DNA of 64,000 nt from Camelus ferus. Taxonomy: Eukaryota. The notes below the pieces were generated by a model. That model saw only the letters and a program-made list of their open reading frames with translations, was not told the origin of the DNA and made no database searches. How positions within the stretch are numbered: the stretch's first letter is position 1; each line of letters begins with the position of its first letter. Where the stretch lies: contig NC_045697.1 of assembly GCF_009834535.1 (NCBI RefSeq), forward strand, positions 101,248,001 through 101,312,000, written 5' to 3'. The position numbers and the translations under genes were made by a program. Shown piece after piece: positions 62,031 through 64,000 of the stretch.

Positions 62031-63329
62031 TCCTAGGATAGAGTAAAAGAAAAATACAGATATATAGACTTTTATTTTAATTCCTGGCTATAGAAATGTA
62101 AGATAAATAGTTACAATCCTAAAATAGATGGGTTGGTATCAACATAGAACTGTTATAACAATTGAAAGCCATTTCATAAATCCAAAATACTTAATAAATG
62201 TTGGCAGTCATCTTTTTAGTAAGGATTAAAAAATCATTGGACCAGGTTGGGATCCTTTGTTGAAATAAATTATCAAGATGAAGGCAACATTCATTTTGGT
62301 AACTGAGAAACAGAAAGGGATTAAAAACATGGTTGAGGGTAAGAATGTGACAGAGAAACAAAAGACAGTCAGTGTTTTTCTAGTCCAGAAGTACTCCAAC
62401 AAGTTATTCCATCTCAAATTTATCTTTCTTGATAGGGTTAATATCTATCTTATTTATTTACTAAAATATCAAGTCAGATAAAAGATGTGACAGCACTTGA
62501 AAATTGTCAAGTACTAAGAAAAGTAAAGCAATATCACTGCTAATAAATTAATCAGAACAGGTCTGTACATAGAAGGATAATGAAATTATATTAATTTCAT
62601 TTATCTTTCAGATTAGAGTTAGAAGTTCAAGGCAATTTGTAATTCTACATTTTAATACAGGAAATAGAAATCTAGAAGTAAAATGAGAGTGAGAAGTGAG
62701 TGATATATTTAAGAATGGACTAAGTTAGCATTTTAAAATGCAAAGACTATATCTTCTTTTTAGAGAATAAGAATATTTGCACAATTAGATCTTTCTTCAA
62801 TATGGGAAACAGGTTGTTTTAAGACACAGCCATTTAATTGCATATTTTAAAAAATCTATCCAGTTTGCTGAAACAATTATATTTAATATTTTTAAATAGA
62901 CCATTTATTATACCATAAAGAAGTTAATAGATTTGAGATTTGTATTCATTTGTAAATTGAAAGACTATTTTAATTGTTTTGATCTGTTCCTGAGCATTTC
63001 TATAGCAACTGTCACCATAGTTTTTAGATTTTCAGATAAAGCTACTTAAGAAATTAGGAACCTTTCAGTCAGTGAAATTTTTTTACTCTGATAAAATTAA
63101 AGAATGTGGAATATGAGAAGAAAGTAAAAAAAAGAAAAAGACGTTATTTTTTTAATGTCTGCTTATGCAAACTAATTATCTTGGGAAAATATTTCCATAT
63201 ATTCCAAAAAGATGACAAAGAACTAAAATGTATCAGAGAAACGGCTCAATATGTGTGTTCTTTGAAGTAATTAAAGTAATGACTTTGCTTGGGAATGTCA
63301 ACACCTAATTCTCAGGCCTGAGGATTCTA

Positions 63330-63850
63330 ATCGTCCACCTGATGGGTCCACCGAGCTCACTTTGCAGTTTCAGTTCTGGGCTGGACAGAAGGCACGCGAG
63401 GCCCCTGCCTCGGAAGAAGTTAACTCAGCAGCTTGTTGATTTTCCCTGTTCACCACGACCCACATCATCCACGCCGGAACTCTGATGGGGGCGGACTACG
63501 CCCTGCCCCATCAAGATATTTCATCAAGGCTCAGAGCCTAGCTGGCGACTCACCTACTTAGTTCCACTGCGCTGAGGCCCATACTGCTGCCGCCGCACCC
63601 AACTACGTCTCCCGACTTCCACCCCAAGCTGTTTGCCTGCTTGCTGGCCCCTGGATCTCTCTGCCACCTCTGCTGCCCTCTGTGGCCATGGCAGTTACGT
63701 CCCTTTCCAGCTTTCTGTCTAATACAGCACACCAAGGTCTCACTTAATGCTGGGGTCATTCTTCCTCGGCTCAGAGTAGGTGGTTGTCATCCAAAACCTG
63801 GTACTGCAGCATATACAGACGTGGGGGATGCGAGAGTCCAAGGTGAGATA
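63330..63850. promoter_or_regulatory. CpG/GC-enriched patch with a GC box and a minus-strand splice donor
   Basis: About 20 CpGs by eye in ~520 bp, gggggcggac at ~63487, and minus-strand TAG|gtgagt at 63554/63553. Confidence 0.35.
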
Positions 63851-64000
63851 TTAGACAGTTTCTAACACTTGGGAATGCCAAAATCCAGTTAATCCCTTTT
63901 ATTCAAAACCATGAAACAGACAACAAATACAGTAAAATAATAATAACAATCAGTTTCGTATTTGTATATACTTAATATTTATAATCAAAAAATTTAAGTT

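Overview
AT-rich mammalian genomic DNA, most likely camelid, because it carries tRNA-derived SINEs of the Vic-1 type and young L1 3' ends. I found no recognisable host protein-coding exon, RNA gene or CRISPR array. The ORF track is mostly chance ORFs plus degenerate LINE-1 ORF1/ORF2 pieces. The window looks intronic or intergenic and is packed with transposon relics: a near full-length dead L1 (4.7-10.0 kb), a nested old L1/hAT/L1 stack (50-56 kb), truncated L1 tails, MaLR solo LTRs, MIR, L2 and hAT MITEs. The best-supported notable items are: a young betaretrovirus-like solo LTR with a perfect 6-bp TSD inside an L1 tail (37645-38060); an inverted, tail-less L1 fragment that replaces part of the RT region of another L1; a tail-only insertion with a 16-bp TSD; and a nested inverted-repeat structure at 16.2-16.4 kb. 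More inferential items are a TATA-containing minus-strand promoter and first exon near 31.1-31.5 kb, a compact E-box/ETS/YY1-CTCF/CCAAT module at 46.85 kb, and several exon-like segments, including a 19-nt microexon, that suggest an unidentified minus-strand host transcript. I cannot support a claim of a novel biological system. Repeat subfamily names and boundaries were assigned by eye and are approximate.
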